Notes under the pieces: generated by a model
The model's input: the letters and a program-made list of their open reading frames with translations, nothing else
Database searches by the model: none
Told to the model about the DNA's origin: nothing
NCBI GenBank assembly: GCA_964428985.1
Contig: CAYSAR010000002.1
Coordinates: 1-33,966, forward strand
Length of the DNA stretch: 33,966 nucleotides
Reading direction: 5' to 3'
Source: an uncultured Gemmatimonadaceae bacterium
GTDB taxonomy: Bacteria > Gemmatimonadota > Gemmatimonadetes > Gemmatimonadales > Gemmatimonadaceae
Made by a program: the position numbers and the translations under genes
Part shown: positions 25,879-33,966 of the stretch, piece after piece
Layout of the letters: the number at the start of each line of letters is the position of its first letter
Numbering within the stretch: the stretch's first letter is position 1

Positions 25879-27489
25879 ATGCCCCGCAGACTCGCCGCCG
25901 TCTCGCTCGCGCTGATGCTTGCCGTCCCGCTTCAAGCGCAATCCGAACCGGCGCGTCCCCCGGAACGGCCGGATGCGGTCCTCACGCCCGGGCCGCTGGA
26001 CGAGGGCTTCATCGCCTGGCGGGAGCGAGTGGCCGAACGCGGTCGCGCCGGCGTCTCCTTCCTCGTCGAGGGCGAGCGCTTCCATGTGCTGATGCTGACG
26101 CCGATGGCGATCGACGCGCAGCGGCCGGACTCCCTGATCCAGAAGGCGACCCGCGGGTGCCGTGCGGCGCTCGAGCTCGACTCGGCGACGGTCGTGAACA
26201 CGCAGGACCTTGAACCGTGGGCCGTGTTCGACTCGGCGGCGTACGCGCGACCGCTCATCGCGATCGCCGTTTATCCCGCCGAGGTGCGTCGCTTCGACTG
26301 TCACGCGGGGCTGCTCGCGCGCTTCGCCGCGATGTCGCGCGGCGCGCTCTACGGACGATTCGCCGAGTATTCCCCGCGCACCGACGTGAAGCGCGTCGAG
26401 GTGCGACGGGCCGGCGTGCTCGAACCGCCGGTCCTCGAAGGCCGCGCGCCGGTCACGAAGTTCGAGGTCGGACGTTCGTACCGCGACGGCACGAACCATG
26501 TCCGCGTCTGGGTGGAGCAAGAGACGTTCGCGCCCGACGCCGAGGGCGAGGCGCCGCGACTCGAGATCCACGTCTGGAACATGGTCGATGAGGAGCCGGA
26601 CATCCTGCCGATACCGGTCGAGGTCGCGCGCGCTGTCTGGCAGCAGATGATGCCCTGGCGAGCGATGACGCTCGGTAGGAACGGCGTCCCACCGAAGGAC
26701 GTGGGGCGCATCGAGCTGCCGATGCCGCGGGACTCCGTGCTGCGCGTCGCGCACGAACGCTACCGCGCCGGCGAGCCGGGCATCGCCGCATCGACGGCCC
26801 TCGAGCGTTTCATGTACCGCCCGATGCCGCCGCGGAAGGAGATCCTCAACGCCATGCTGCTCTCGGCCTCGGCGTTCTCCGCGTATGGCGAGGACGAGGC
26901 GGCGCTCTCGCTCGTCGCCGACGTGATCGAGGTATTCCCGTGCTTCACGCTCTCCGGGGACGCCCCGGCGTCGATGCACGACATGGTCGATCGCGTCCCC
27001 CGTGCCGAGGCGCGATGCACGTCGATCCCGCTGCCGCTCATCGCGCTGCGATCGGTCGTACCGGGTTGGGGCCAAGCCACCGGTCCGCTGCGGCGCCGCA
27101 TGGCGCTGAGCGTGGCCGCCGGGACGGCGGGCGCCTATCTGCTCTCGGCGGCGGCGCGCGAGTTCCAGCGCAGCAACTATGAGAAGTATCTGGACTATCG
27201 CGGCGGTGGAGGACCGAATGCCGAGGCGCTCATCGGGCGTGCGGAGCTCGGACGCAACCTCGCGAACGGTCTCCAGATCGCGGGTGCCGCGCTCTGGGTC
27301 GGGGCGGGCGTCGAAGCGATCTGGGCCGAGCGCCAGCACAGGCGCCGGCTCGACGAGGTCCGCAACGTGGGCCGGCGCGGCAGCGGTGGACAGGTCAGCG
27401 CGACGCCGCGCGTCACGCCGCGCGTCACGCCGCGAGTGACGCCGGTGGTCACGCCGGCGTTCGTCGGATTCAGCGTGAGCGTGCCGTGA
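25879..27489 (+). CDS. Hypothetical exported protein with C-terminal DUF5683-like membrane module
   Basis: AGGAG RBS, signal peptide, ALRSVVPGWGQ followed by two hydrophobic helices and a terminal beta-strand (FVGFSVSVP). Confidence 0.7.
   Translation: MPRRLAAVSLALMLAVPLQAQSEPARPPERPDAVLTPGPLDEGFIAWRERVAERGRAGVSFLVEGERFHVLMLTPMAIDAQRPDSLIQKATRGCRAALELDSATVVNTQDLEPWAVFDSAAYARPLIAIAVYPAEVRRFDCHAGLLARFAAMSRGALYGRFAEYSPRTDVKRVEVRRAGVLEPPVLEGRAPVTKFEVGRSYRDGTNHVRVWVEQETFAPDAEGEAPRLEIHVWNMVDEEPDILPIPVEVARAVWQQMMPWRAMTLGRNGVPPKDVGRIELPMPRDSVLRVAHERYRAGEPGIAASTALERFMYRPMPPRKEILNAMLLSASAFSAYGEDEAALSLVADVIEVFPCFTLSGDAPASMHDMVDRVPRAEARCTSIPLPLIALRSVVPGWGQATGPLRRRMALSVAAGTAGAYLLSAAAREFQRSNYEKYLDYRGGGGPNAEALIGRAELGRNLANGLQIAGAALWVGAGVEAIWAERQHRRRLDEVRNVGRRGSGGQVSATPRVTPRVTPRVTPVVTPAFVGFSVSVP
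27403..27462 (+). repeat. 12-bp tandem repeat x5 (TPRV/TPVV)
   Basis: ACGCCGCGCGTC twice exactly, plus three degenerate copies. Confidence 0.85.
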
Positions 27490-27866
27490 TGCGCCGCGGA
27501 CGACGTGCATCAGCGGTCGGTGCGACGTTGCTCGCGGCCTCGCTCATGTCGTGCACCATCGAGCCGCCTCTCGCACACATCAATCCGTTCGACCCTGGGG
27601 CGAAGGCGAACTTCTGGATCTCGGGACCGGACTCGGTACACGGTGCGGGCACGCGTTTCACGATGCGGCTCGAGGGCACGAAGCCGCTCCCATCTGGGAG
27701 CCTCCTCATCGGCTGGCACTCGAGTCACCCGGCGATGGTCGCTGGCGGGGCCGGCGGCGAATTCTTGGTGATGTCCGCGAGTCCGACGTACGTCGCAGTC
27801 ATCATCCGCGCCGAGTTGGGCGAGGACGTCGTGTACGCGAAGACGGTCTACGTCGGGCAGCCGTAG
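27486..27866 (+). CDS. Hypothetical lipoprotein; paralogue of 13052-13777
   Basis: Overlaps upstream stop; lipobox LMSC then TIEPPLAHINPFDP..GPDSVH..VYVGQP. Confidence 0.75.
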   Translation: MMRRGRRASAVGATLLAASLMSCTIEPPLAHINPFDPGAKANFWISGPDSVHGAGTRFTMRLEGTKPLPSGSLLIGWHSSHPAMVAGGAGGEFLVMSASPTYVAVIIRAELGEDVVYAKTVYVGQP

Positions 27867-27887
27867 CCGAGCACCGACCATCAACGA

Positions 27888-27921
27888 ACGAGCCGCCGGG
27901 GCGATCGCCTCGGCGGCTCGT
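27888..27921. terminator. Probable bidirectional terminator hairpin
   Basis: ACGAGCCGCCGGGGC-GATC-GCCTCGGCGGCTCGT, 15-bp stem with one G-U, between convergent genes. Confidence 0.75.
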
Positions 27922-27941
27922 CGTTCACGCGGGGCGGCGCG

Positions 27942-28400
27942 CTACTTTTTCTTCGCGGCGCGGCGGGCCGGACGACGCGCGGCGGACTTCCGTACGGTCG
28001 ACCTCCGTGCGGTCGACTTCCGTGCGGTCGACCTCCGCGCGGCCTTGCGCGCGGGCCGCTTCGCCGTCTTCCGCTTCGCGACCTTCGCCTTGCGCCCCTT
28101 CGACGCCGGCTTCGCGCGCTTCGCCTTCTTCGCCGGCTTGCGCTTCGCCGTCGCCTTGCGCACGGCCTTCTTCACCTTCTTCACCGCGCGCGCGACGACG
28201 CGCTTCGCCGTCTTGAGGGGGGACTTCCGGCGCTCGTCGGGAGCGTCGCTCGCCGCGGGCATCACCGCGGGACTCGTCATCGGCGCGGTCGCCGGCGCCG
28301 CGACAGGCGGAACGAGCGGCGCGGGCGACGGAGGGACCGGCACCGGATTCATCGCATCGCGTCCAAAGCTGTCAGGCGTCCACGGTCTCTCCTCGAGCAT
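27942..28400 (-). CDS. Histone H1-like / Hc2-like Lys-Arg-Ala-rich basic protein
   Basis: GGAGA RBS before ATG 28400; Pro/Ala N-terminal region, then AKRVVARAVKKVKKAVRK..PAKKAKR..; Lys consistently AAG. Confidence 0.7.
   Translation of the reverse strand: MLEERPWTPDSFGRDAMNPVPVPPSPAPLVPPVAAPATAPMTSPAVMPAASDAPDERRKSPLKTAKRVVARAVKKVKKAVRKATAKRKPAKKAKRAKPASKGRKAKVAKRKTAKRPARKAARRSTARKSTARRSTVRKSAARRPARRAAKKK
27985..28044 (-). repeat. 15-bp tandem repeat x4 encoding R[RK]ST[AV] pentapeptides
   Basis: Plus-strand unit GAC(T/C)TCCGTGCGGTC and variants. Confidence 0.85.
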
Positions 28401-28464
28401 GTGTTCTCCACAGGTGGTGGTTGTGCCTGAAGGTACCGCTTGCGTGCGCAACCCGCACGATGCC

Positions 28465-29412
28465 CTAGCGAGGCAGGATCACCCTCACGCCGTCTAGGCC
28501 GCCCCCCGACGGCCCATCGCTGAACCTGACGTCGCCGAAGGACACGGCGACGCCCGCATCCACGGTGTCTGTTCGGACGAAGGGGTATCGGGACCAGGTC
28601 AGATAGTCCTTCACGTCCCGATGTGCCATGGCCTCACGCACGGCCGGGGTCTCCCAATCGCCGCGCGGGATCGCTGCATCGGCCCGGAACGTGACCCGCT
28701 CGGCCCCCGGCGCCAGCCACCGGAACTCCCCACGCACGAATGAGTCGGACGTCGCGACGATGAGCGCTCCCTTCCACGGCTGGGCCGGGAGCGGCTGGTA
28801 CATGACCTCTTCGACATCCTTCATCCCCGTCGCCTCCGTCGCGAGCCGCGAGACCTGCTCGGCGATGGAACTCGCGCCGATCATCGCGGCGATGTAGGCG
28901 ACCGCGATCGCGCCGAAGACACGGACCCGCCCGACCGTACGCCGCCAGGGCAGGAGCGCGGCGATGAGGAACGCCCAGAGCCAGGGATCGACGATGAAGA
29001 GCGCGTCGCCATAGAACCACCGGTCGCTGAACGGCATGAGCAGCCGGATGCCATAGGTGTTGAGCCAGTCGAGCAGCGGATGGCTCACGACGCCGACCAC
29101 GGCGATGAGCAACGTCGCGCGCGCATCGAGCGGTGTGAGCGATGGGTCGCGCCGTCGACGGATCAGGCGATCCCAGCCCACCATGAGCGCCGTGAGGGCA
29201 AGCGGGAGCAGGGCGAGCGCGATCGGCCCATGCGTCCAGCCTCGGCGGAACGCGAGTCCCGCGTAGTTGCCGGCGAACATGATGAAGATGTCGAGGTCGG
29301 GCGCGTTCGCGGCGAGCATGAGCGTCGTGGCGGCGAGCGGGAGGCGCCCGCCGCGGTCGAGCCCCGCGCGGGCCAGCGCCGCGCCGGCCATCGTGTGCGT
29401 GATCGGGTCCAT
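28465..29412 (-). CDS. Membrane-bound metal-dependent hydrolase (YdjM/DUF457-like)
   Basis: MDPITH, ANAPDLD, RRGWTH, SHPLLDWLNTYGIRLLMPFS, LFIVDPW. Confidence 0.9.
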   Translation of the reverse strand: MDPITHTMAGAALARAGLDRGGRLPLAATTLMLAANAPDLDIFIMFAGNYAGLAFRRGWTHGPIALALLPLALTALMVGWDRLIRRRRDPSLTPLDARATLLIAVVGVVSHPLLDWLNTYGIRLLMPFSDRWFYGDALFIVDPWLWAFLIAALLPWRRTVGRVRVFGAIAVAYIAAMIGASSIAEQVSRLATEATGMKDVEEVMYQPLPAQPWKGALIVATSDSFVRGEFRWLAPGAERVTFRADAAIPRGDWETPAVREAMAHRDVKDYLTWSRYPFVRTDTVDAGVAVSFGDVRFSDGPSGGGLDGVRVILPR

Positions 29413-29418
29413 GCGCGA

Positions 29419-29424
29419 AAGCTA
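29419..29424 (-). promoter_or_regulatory. Putative -10 box for leaderless transcript
   Basis: TAGCTT 6 nt before ATG 29412; no RBS; no clear -35. Confidence 0.5.
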
Positions 29425-29503
29425 GGGCGCGCACAACGCCGCGCGATTGCCCCTCGTAGGGCCAGGAGCGAAGTTCGACCCGTCCCCCTTTCGGAGCCGT
29501 TCG

Positions 29504-32500
29504 ATGTCGCTGCCCCGCCCCCTCGCGCGTTCGCTGCGCGCCGCCTCGCTCTTCGTCGCCGCGACGTTCGTCGTCGCGACCGCCCTCGACGCCCAGCTCC
29601 CGACGCGCACCGATGCGTCGACCGCGTCCGCGTCGACCGACGGCGGCGCGCGCACGCTGCGCACGCTCGGCCTCGAGGACCTGCTCTCGTGGAAGTCGAT
29701 CCGCTTCCCGACGTTCTCGAACGACGGGCGCTGGATGGCGTACGTGCTCGCGCCGAACGAGGGCGACGCCGAGTTCGTCGTCAGGGCGACGACCGAGGGT
29801 GCCGCCGAGACGCGCATCCCGATCGGCGCGGCGCCGAGCGGCTTCGGTGGCGCGGCGGGCGTCGCGATCTCGGGGAACAGCCGCTGGGCCGCGTTCACGA
29901 TCTACGCGACGGCCGAGGAGGCCCGGAAGGCGCGCCGCGACCGGCGCACGCCGGCGACGAAGGTCGCCGTCATCGAGCTCGCGACCGGCGCGAAGCGCGA
30001 GTTCGAGCGCATCCGGAATTTCCGCTTCGCGGGTGAGAAGTCGGACATCATCGCGCTCCAGCACATGCCGCCGGAGGCACCGAGCGGCGGCAGTGGAGGC
30101 GGCGGTGGAGGCGGCGGTGGAGGCGGGAGCGGCACGCTCGTGACACTGGTCGATCTCTCCGGCGGAACGCCGGTGACGATCGCCGGCGTCGGTGACTACG
30201 CGTTCGATTCGGACGGCCGCTTCCTCGCATACACGATCGACCAACGCGACCAGCTCGGGAACGGCGTGCAACTACGCGAGCTCGCGACCGGCGTCGTGCG
30301 CGCGCTCGACGCCGGAAAGGCGATGTACCGTCGGCTCTCGTGGGCCGATTCGGGCGACGCGCTCGCCGTGCTGCGTCTCCAGCCCGACAGCGCAACGAAG
30401 GACACGCTCGCGACGGTGCTCGGCTGGTCGCGCCTCGCGTCGCGTTCGCCGGTCACGGTGACGATCGACGAGAAGAGCACCGGCATCTCCGGCGGGCTCG
30501 TCGTGAGCGCGGATCGCACGCCGGACTGGAGCGAGTCGCAACAGGTCCTCTACTTCGGCCTGCGCCACCCGCGCACGCCGACACCGCGCTCGGAGGCCCC
30601 GGCGGTCGGCGGTGGCGGCAACGCGCCCGCGCCAGGAGCGGGTGCCGGAGGTCAGGTCGCACCGGCGCGGCAGGACGAGGACACGCCGTCGCTGATCCTC
30701 TGGCATTGGAAGGACCCGCGGCTCCAGAGCCAGCAGCAGGTGCAGGAGAACGCCGACAAGTCCTTCAGCTACCTCGCGGCGTGGCACCTCGCACCGGCGC
30801 GCGGCGCGGCGCCCTCCTACGCGAATCGCGTCGTACAGCTCACCGACGACGACCTGCGCACGATCACCGTCGGCTTCGGCGACCGGTGGGCGCTCGGCGC
30901 CGACTTCGCGCCGTACCAGCGACAGGCGAGCGTCGACGGCCGGCAGCTTCGCGACCTGTACGCGGTGGATGTACGCACGGGTGAGCGCGCGGTCGTCGCC
31001 GAGGGGATCCAGAACCCCGGCGGCGCGTACGGTTCGTTGATCGCCCCGAACGGCGAGCGCGCCGCGTGGTACGACGACGGCCACTGGAACGTCTACGAGT
31101 TCGCCGCGAAGACCTCACGGCGCATTACCGACGGCATCGCGACGGCGTTCTGGGACCAGGAGGACGATCACAACGTCGTGAAGCCGCCCTCCGGCGCGCC
31201 GTTCGGATGGTCGCGCGACTCGCGGCATGTGTTCCTGCGCGATGACTGGGACATCTGGCGCGTGCCGGCCGTCGCCGGCGGCGGCCAGCCGGTGAACATC
31301 ACGGGGAACGGACGCGTCGAGAAGGTGCGGTACCAGGCGCGCGTCGGGGTGATGCCGCGCGAGCGCGGCATCGACGTCTCGAAGCCGCTGCTGATCGAGA
31401 CGTACGGCGAGCGCACGAAGAAGGAGGGGCTCGCGCAGGTCGACCCGATGCGCGGCGGTGCGCGGTCGCTCATGTGGGTCGACGCAAAGGTGGACTTCCG
31501 CAAGATGCGCGATGCCGACGCGTTCGCGTACACGCGGCAGACCTTCACGACGTTCCCCGACTGGCACTTCGCCGACGCGCGGCTCGCGAACGAGCGACGA
31601 CTGACCGACGCGAACCCGCAGCAGAAGGAGGTCGCGTGGAGCGCCGGCGCCCGGCTCGTGAACTACACGTGCGACAACGGCGGCCCCGAGATGCAGGGCG
31701 CGCTCTTCCTGCCAGCGGGCTACGAGGAAGGAAAGAGCTATCCGACGCTGACGTACATCTACGAGCGGCTCTCGCAGGGCCTGCACGTCTACGCGCAGCC
31801 CAACGCGACGCGCTACGCGAACCCGAGCGTCTACACGGCACGCGGCTACGCGTACTTCATGCCCGACATCGCGTATCAGCTCGATGACCCAGGCCGCTCG
31901 GCGGTGTGGTGCGTCGTGCCGGCGGTGAAGGCGGCGATCGCGACCGGCATCGTCGACGCGGCGAACGTCGGGCTCCAGGGTCACAGCTGGGGCGGCTATC
32001 AGACGAGCTTCATCACGACGCAGACGGACATCTTCAAGACGGGGATCGCCGGCGCGCCGCTGACCGACATGGTGTCGATGTTCAGCTCGGTCTATTGGAA
32101 CACGGGCTCGGCGAACCAGCCGATCTTCATCTCGAGCCAGGGGCGGTTCCGCTCGAGCTATGCGAAGAACCCGGATGCGTACCTGCGCAACTCACCGAAC
32201 CGGTTCGCGCAGGACGTGAAGGTGCCGCTGATGCTGCTGCACAACGACCGTGACGGTGCGGTCGACTTCAATCAAGGGATCACGTACTACAACACGCTGC
32301 GCGAGCTCGGGAAGGAGGTCGTGTTGCTCGAATACGTCGGGGAGAACCACGGACTCTCCCGCGCGGCGAACCAGAAGGACTACGCGGTGCGCATGATGGA
32401 GTGGTTCGACCACTTCCTGCGCGGTGAACCGGCGCCCGATTGGCTCCAGGAAGGAGTGCCGCGGCTGAAGATGGAAGAGCACCTACGCGCGAGGAAGCCG

Positions 32501-32548
32501 CTCGTCGATCCGAAGGCGAAGGTGCCGGAGAAGAAGGTGGCGATGTAG
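29504..32548 (+). CDS. S9 family (prolyl oligopeptidase-like) secreted peptidase
   Basis: GGAG RBS, signal peptide, propeller-type N-terminal region, GHSWGG nucleophile, NDRDGAV (Asp), GENHGL (His); poly-Gly linker at about 30086-30133. Confidence 0.93.
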   Translation: MSLPRPLARSLRAASLFVAATFVVATALDAQLPTRTDASTASASTDGGARTLRTLGLEDLLSWKSIRFPTFSNDGRWMAYVLAPNEGDAEFVVRATTEGAAETRIPIGAAPSGFGGAAGVAISGNSRWAAFTIYATAEEARKARRDRRTPATKVAVIELATGAKREFERIRNFRFAGEKSDIIALQHMPPEAPSGGSGGGGGGGGGGGSGTLVTLVDLSGGTPVTIAGVGDYAFDSDGRFLAYTIDQRDQLGNGVQLRELATGVVRALDAGKAMYRRLSWADSGDALAVLRLQPDSATKDTLATVLGWSRLASRSPVTVTIDEKSTGISGGLVVSADRTPDWSESQQVLYFGLRHPRTPTPRSEAPAVGGGGNAPAPGAGAGGQVAPARQDEDTPSLILWHWKDPRLQSQQQVQENADKSFSYLAAWHLAPARGAAPSYANRVVQLTDDDLRTITVGFGDRWALGADFAPYQRQASVDGRQLRDLYAVDVRTGERAVVAEGIQNPGGAYGSLIAPNGERAAWYDDGHWNVYEFAAKTSRRITDGIATAFWDQEDDHNVVKPPSGAPFGWSRDSRHVFLRDDWDIWRVPAVAGGGQPVNITGNGRVEKVRYQARVGVMPRERGIDVSKPLLIETYGERTKKEGLAQVDPMRGGARSLMWVDAKVDFRKMRDADAFAYTRQTFTTFPDWHFADARLANERRLTDANPQQKEVAWSAGARLVNYTCDNGGPEMQGALFLPAGYEEGKSYPTLTYIYERLSQGLHVYAQPNATRYANPSVYTARGYAYFMPDIAYQLDDPGRSAVWCVVPAVKAAIATGIVDAANVGLQGHSWGGYQTSFITTQTDIFKTGIAGAPLTDMVSMFSSVYWNTGSANQPIFISSQGRFRSSYAKNPDAYLRNSPNRFAQDVKVPLMLLHNDRDGAVDFNQGITYYNTLRELGKEVVLLEYVGENHGLSRAANQKDYAVRMMEWFDHFLRGEPAPDWLQEGVPRLKMEEHLRARKPLVDPKAKVPEKKVAM

Positions 32549-32583
32549 GGCGACGTCAGGTGCGGAGCACCGGGAACCACTGT

Positions 32584-33231
32584 TCAGCGGTTCCCGGTCT
32601 CCCGCATCCGACTCGAAAGCCACTGCGCCGTGAGCCACCCGACGCCGGCCCCAAGGACCGTGTCGCTCACGAAGTGCGCCCCCGCGAGGATGCGCGTGAG
32701 GGCACAGCCCGCGGCGAGCACGTAGCCCACCCAGCGCGCGCGGGGGAAGAGGATCGCGAGCATCGCCGCGCCGCCGAACGCGACCGCCGCGTGCGAACTC
32801 GGGAATGCGAGGCCGGCGCCGCTCCATGTCCGGTCATCCCACGGCCTGAACCCATAGGCACCCTCGTTGAGCGCCGGCCGCTCACGGCGGATCACGATCT
32901 TCAGCACCTCCGCAACGAGCCCGGCCACTCCGGGCGAGAGCAGGAGCAGCCAGGCGCGTCGCTTCGGTCGCGCGAGCGGCGGTTCGACGCCCGCGTCATG
33001 CAGCCCGACGGCGAGCGCGAACGCGAACCAAGTGCCCATGAATCCCATGACGCGCAGCAGGCGGCCCCAGTCCTCGTCGAGGACGCCGGTCAGTCGCACG
33101 TTCTCGTAGGCCCATCGATCCAGCAACGTCACGACGACGAGCGCGACGGCGGTCACGACCGCCCCCTTCACATACGGATTGTCCGCGGCGCGCGTGCGGG
33201 CGACGCCGGCGCCCTCGTTGGCCCCATTCAT
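32584..33231 (-). CDS. PAP2 family membrane phosphatase
   Basis: KIVIRRERP, FPSSH, TRILAGAHFVSD motifs. Confidence 0.92.
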   Translation of the reverse strand: MNGANEGAGVARTRAADNPYVKGAVVTAVALVVVTLLDRWAYENVRLTGVLDEDWGRLLRVMGFMGTWFAFALAVGLHDAGVEPPLARPKRRAWLLLLSPGVAGLVAEVLKIVIRRERPALNEGAYGFRPWDDRTWSGAGLAFPSSHAAVAFGGAAMLAILFPRARWVGYVLAAGCALTRILAGAHFVSDTVLGAGVGWLTAQWLSSRMRETGNR

Positions 33232-33809
33232 GCGATGATCGCGTGTAGTGACGCCAAGATGCGTTCGGTCATGCCCCAGATCGTGAAGTCCCCCACCTCC
33301 AGCGCCTCGACCTCCAGGCGAACGTTACGCGCGGCGACGGTCGTGCGCACGCGCGTCGCCGGCGCGAAGAGCGTACCGAGCGGAATCCACCGATACGCCG
33401 CGACCTCGTCGCTCATGACGAACGCGGGCTCACCCTCGAGCAGCCACGCATACGGCCGCACGATGACCGGCGGCAGCGTCGCGATGCGCGGCCGGAGCTC
33501 GTCGAGGACGCCGAGTGACCGCGCGTGCTCCCGCAGGTCGAAGCCGAGTTCCTCGCACGTCTCGCGCACCGCCGTGTCGTCGAGTGTGACGTCGCCGCGC
33601 GACCGGTTGCCGCCCGGCAACCCGATCTGCCCGCTCCACGGATCGCCGGCGCGCGTCGCGCGCCGGATCAACAGCAGTTCCGCGTCGAGCGCGCCGACGG
33701 GCCGGAACACGAGCGCGACGGCCGCTTCCCTGAACGGCTCGTCCCGCTCGGCCTCGCGCGCGACGTGGCCGGCGAGGGCGCGAGAGACACGCTCGATCGT
33801 CGCGTTCAC
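33228..33809 (-). CDS. Nudix hydrolase, CoA pyrophosphatase type
   Basis: AAVAL..LLLIRRA..DPWSGQIGLPGG..AVRETCEELG, IWGMTERIL; GTG start; 4-nt overlap with PAP2 gene. Confidence 0.92.
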   Translation of the reverse strand: MNATIERVSRALAGHVAREAERDEPFREAAVALVFRPVGALDAELLLIRRATRAGDPWSGQIGLPGGNRSRGDVTLDDTAVRETCEELGFDLREHARSLGVLDELRPRIATLPPVIVRPYAWLLEGEPAFVMSDEVAAYRWIPLGTLFAPATRVRTTVAARNVRLEVEALEVGDFTIWGMTERILASLHAIIA

Positions 33810-33855
33810 GCTCGGCCCTCGGCGACCGGCATGGGGCGACCCGGATCCGAGTGGA

Positions 33856-33966
33856 TTAGCCCTCGACCGGGCCGCCCGACGAGACCCAGGCGTTCCACCC
33901 GCCCGCCATCGACGAAACGTGCTCGTAGCCCATCTGGTGGAGCGTATCGGCCGCGAGCGCCGAGCG
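33856..33966 (-). CDS. Rhodanese-like domain protein, C-terminal fragment (starts beyond the window)
   Basis: My translation (not in ORF track): RSALAADTLHQMGYEHVSSMAGGWNAWVSSGGPVEG-stop. Confidence 0.85.
   Translation of the reverse strand, partial: RSALAADTLHQMGYEHVSSMAGGWNAWVSSGGPVEG

Noticed and set aside
27403-28044. Tandem repeats as a possible CRISPR array
   Set aside because: 12- and 15-bp head-to-tail in-frame coding repeats, no unique spacers, no cas genes
30086-30133. Poly-Gly GGC/GGT/GGA tract as a phase-variation site
   Set aside because: In-frame flexible linker; unit changes would keep the frame
123-33639. Many long overlapping Arg/Ala-rich ORFs in the track (e.g. 15551-17401 +, 20868-23567 +, 25726-27510 -, 28634-30271 -)
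   Set aside because: Shadow or antisense frames of recognisable genes, expected at this GC content; no motifs of their own
33806-33832. Mini-ORF MPVAEGRA overlapping the Nudix GTG start
   Set aside because: Too short, no RBS, no evidence of translation

Overview
High-GC, gene-dense bacterial chromosome segment. Gene content (PadR plus ADOP permease, several Hanks kinases, TIGR02999-type ECF sigma, many secreted peptidases and lipoproteins) suggests Gemmatimonadota or a similar lineage; this is an inference. I support about 30 CDS and found no rRNA, tRNA, CRISPR array or transposase/integrase. The stand-out locus is on the minus strand at 13898-19630. It has a lipoprotein fusing a cholesterol-dependent-cytolysin-like (CDCL) pore-forming domain to a seven-repeat FG-GAP/VCBS beta-propeller. 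This gene lies directly upstream of an ECF43-like, phosphorylation-activated sigma factor and its membrane Ser/Thr kinase with TPR sensor domain, so it is a candidate signal-induced pore-forming weapon. Other points: two paralogous uncharacterised lipoproteins plus a collapsed remnant, repeated leaderless sigma70 promoters, an RND gene apparently lacking its normal stop codon, a histone-H1-like protein with R[KR]ST repeats, and an orphan ParB-like protein. All family calls come from motif recognition by eye; no database search was run.
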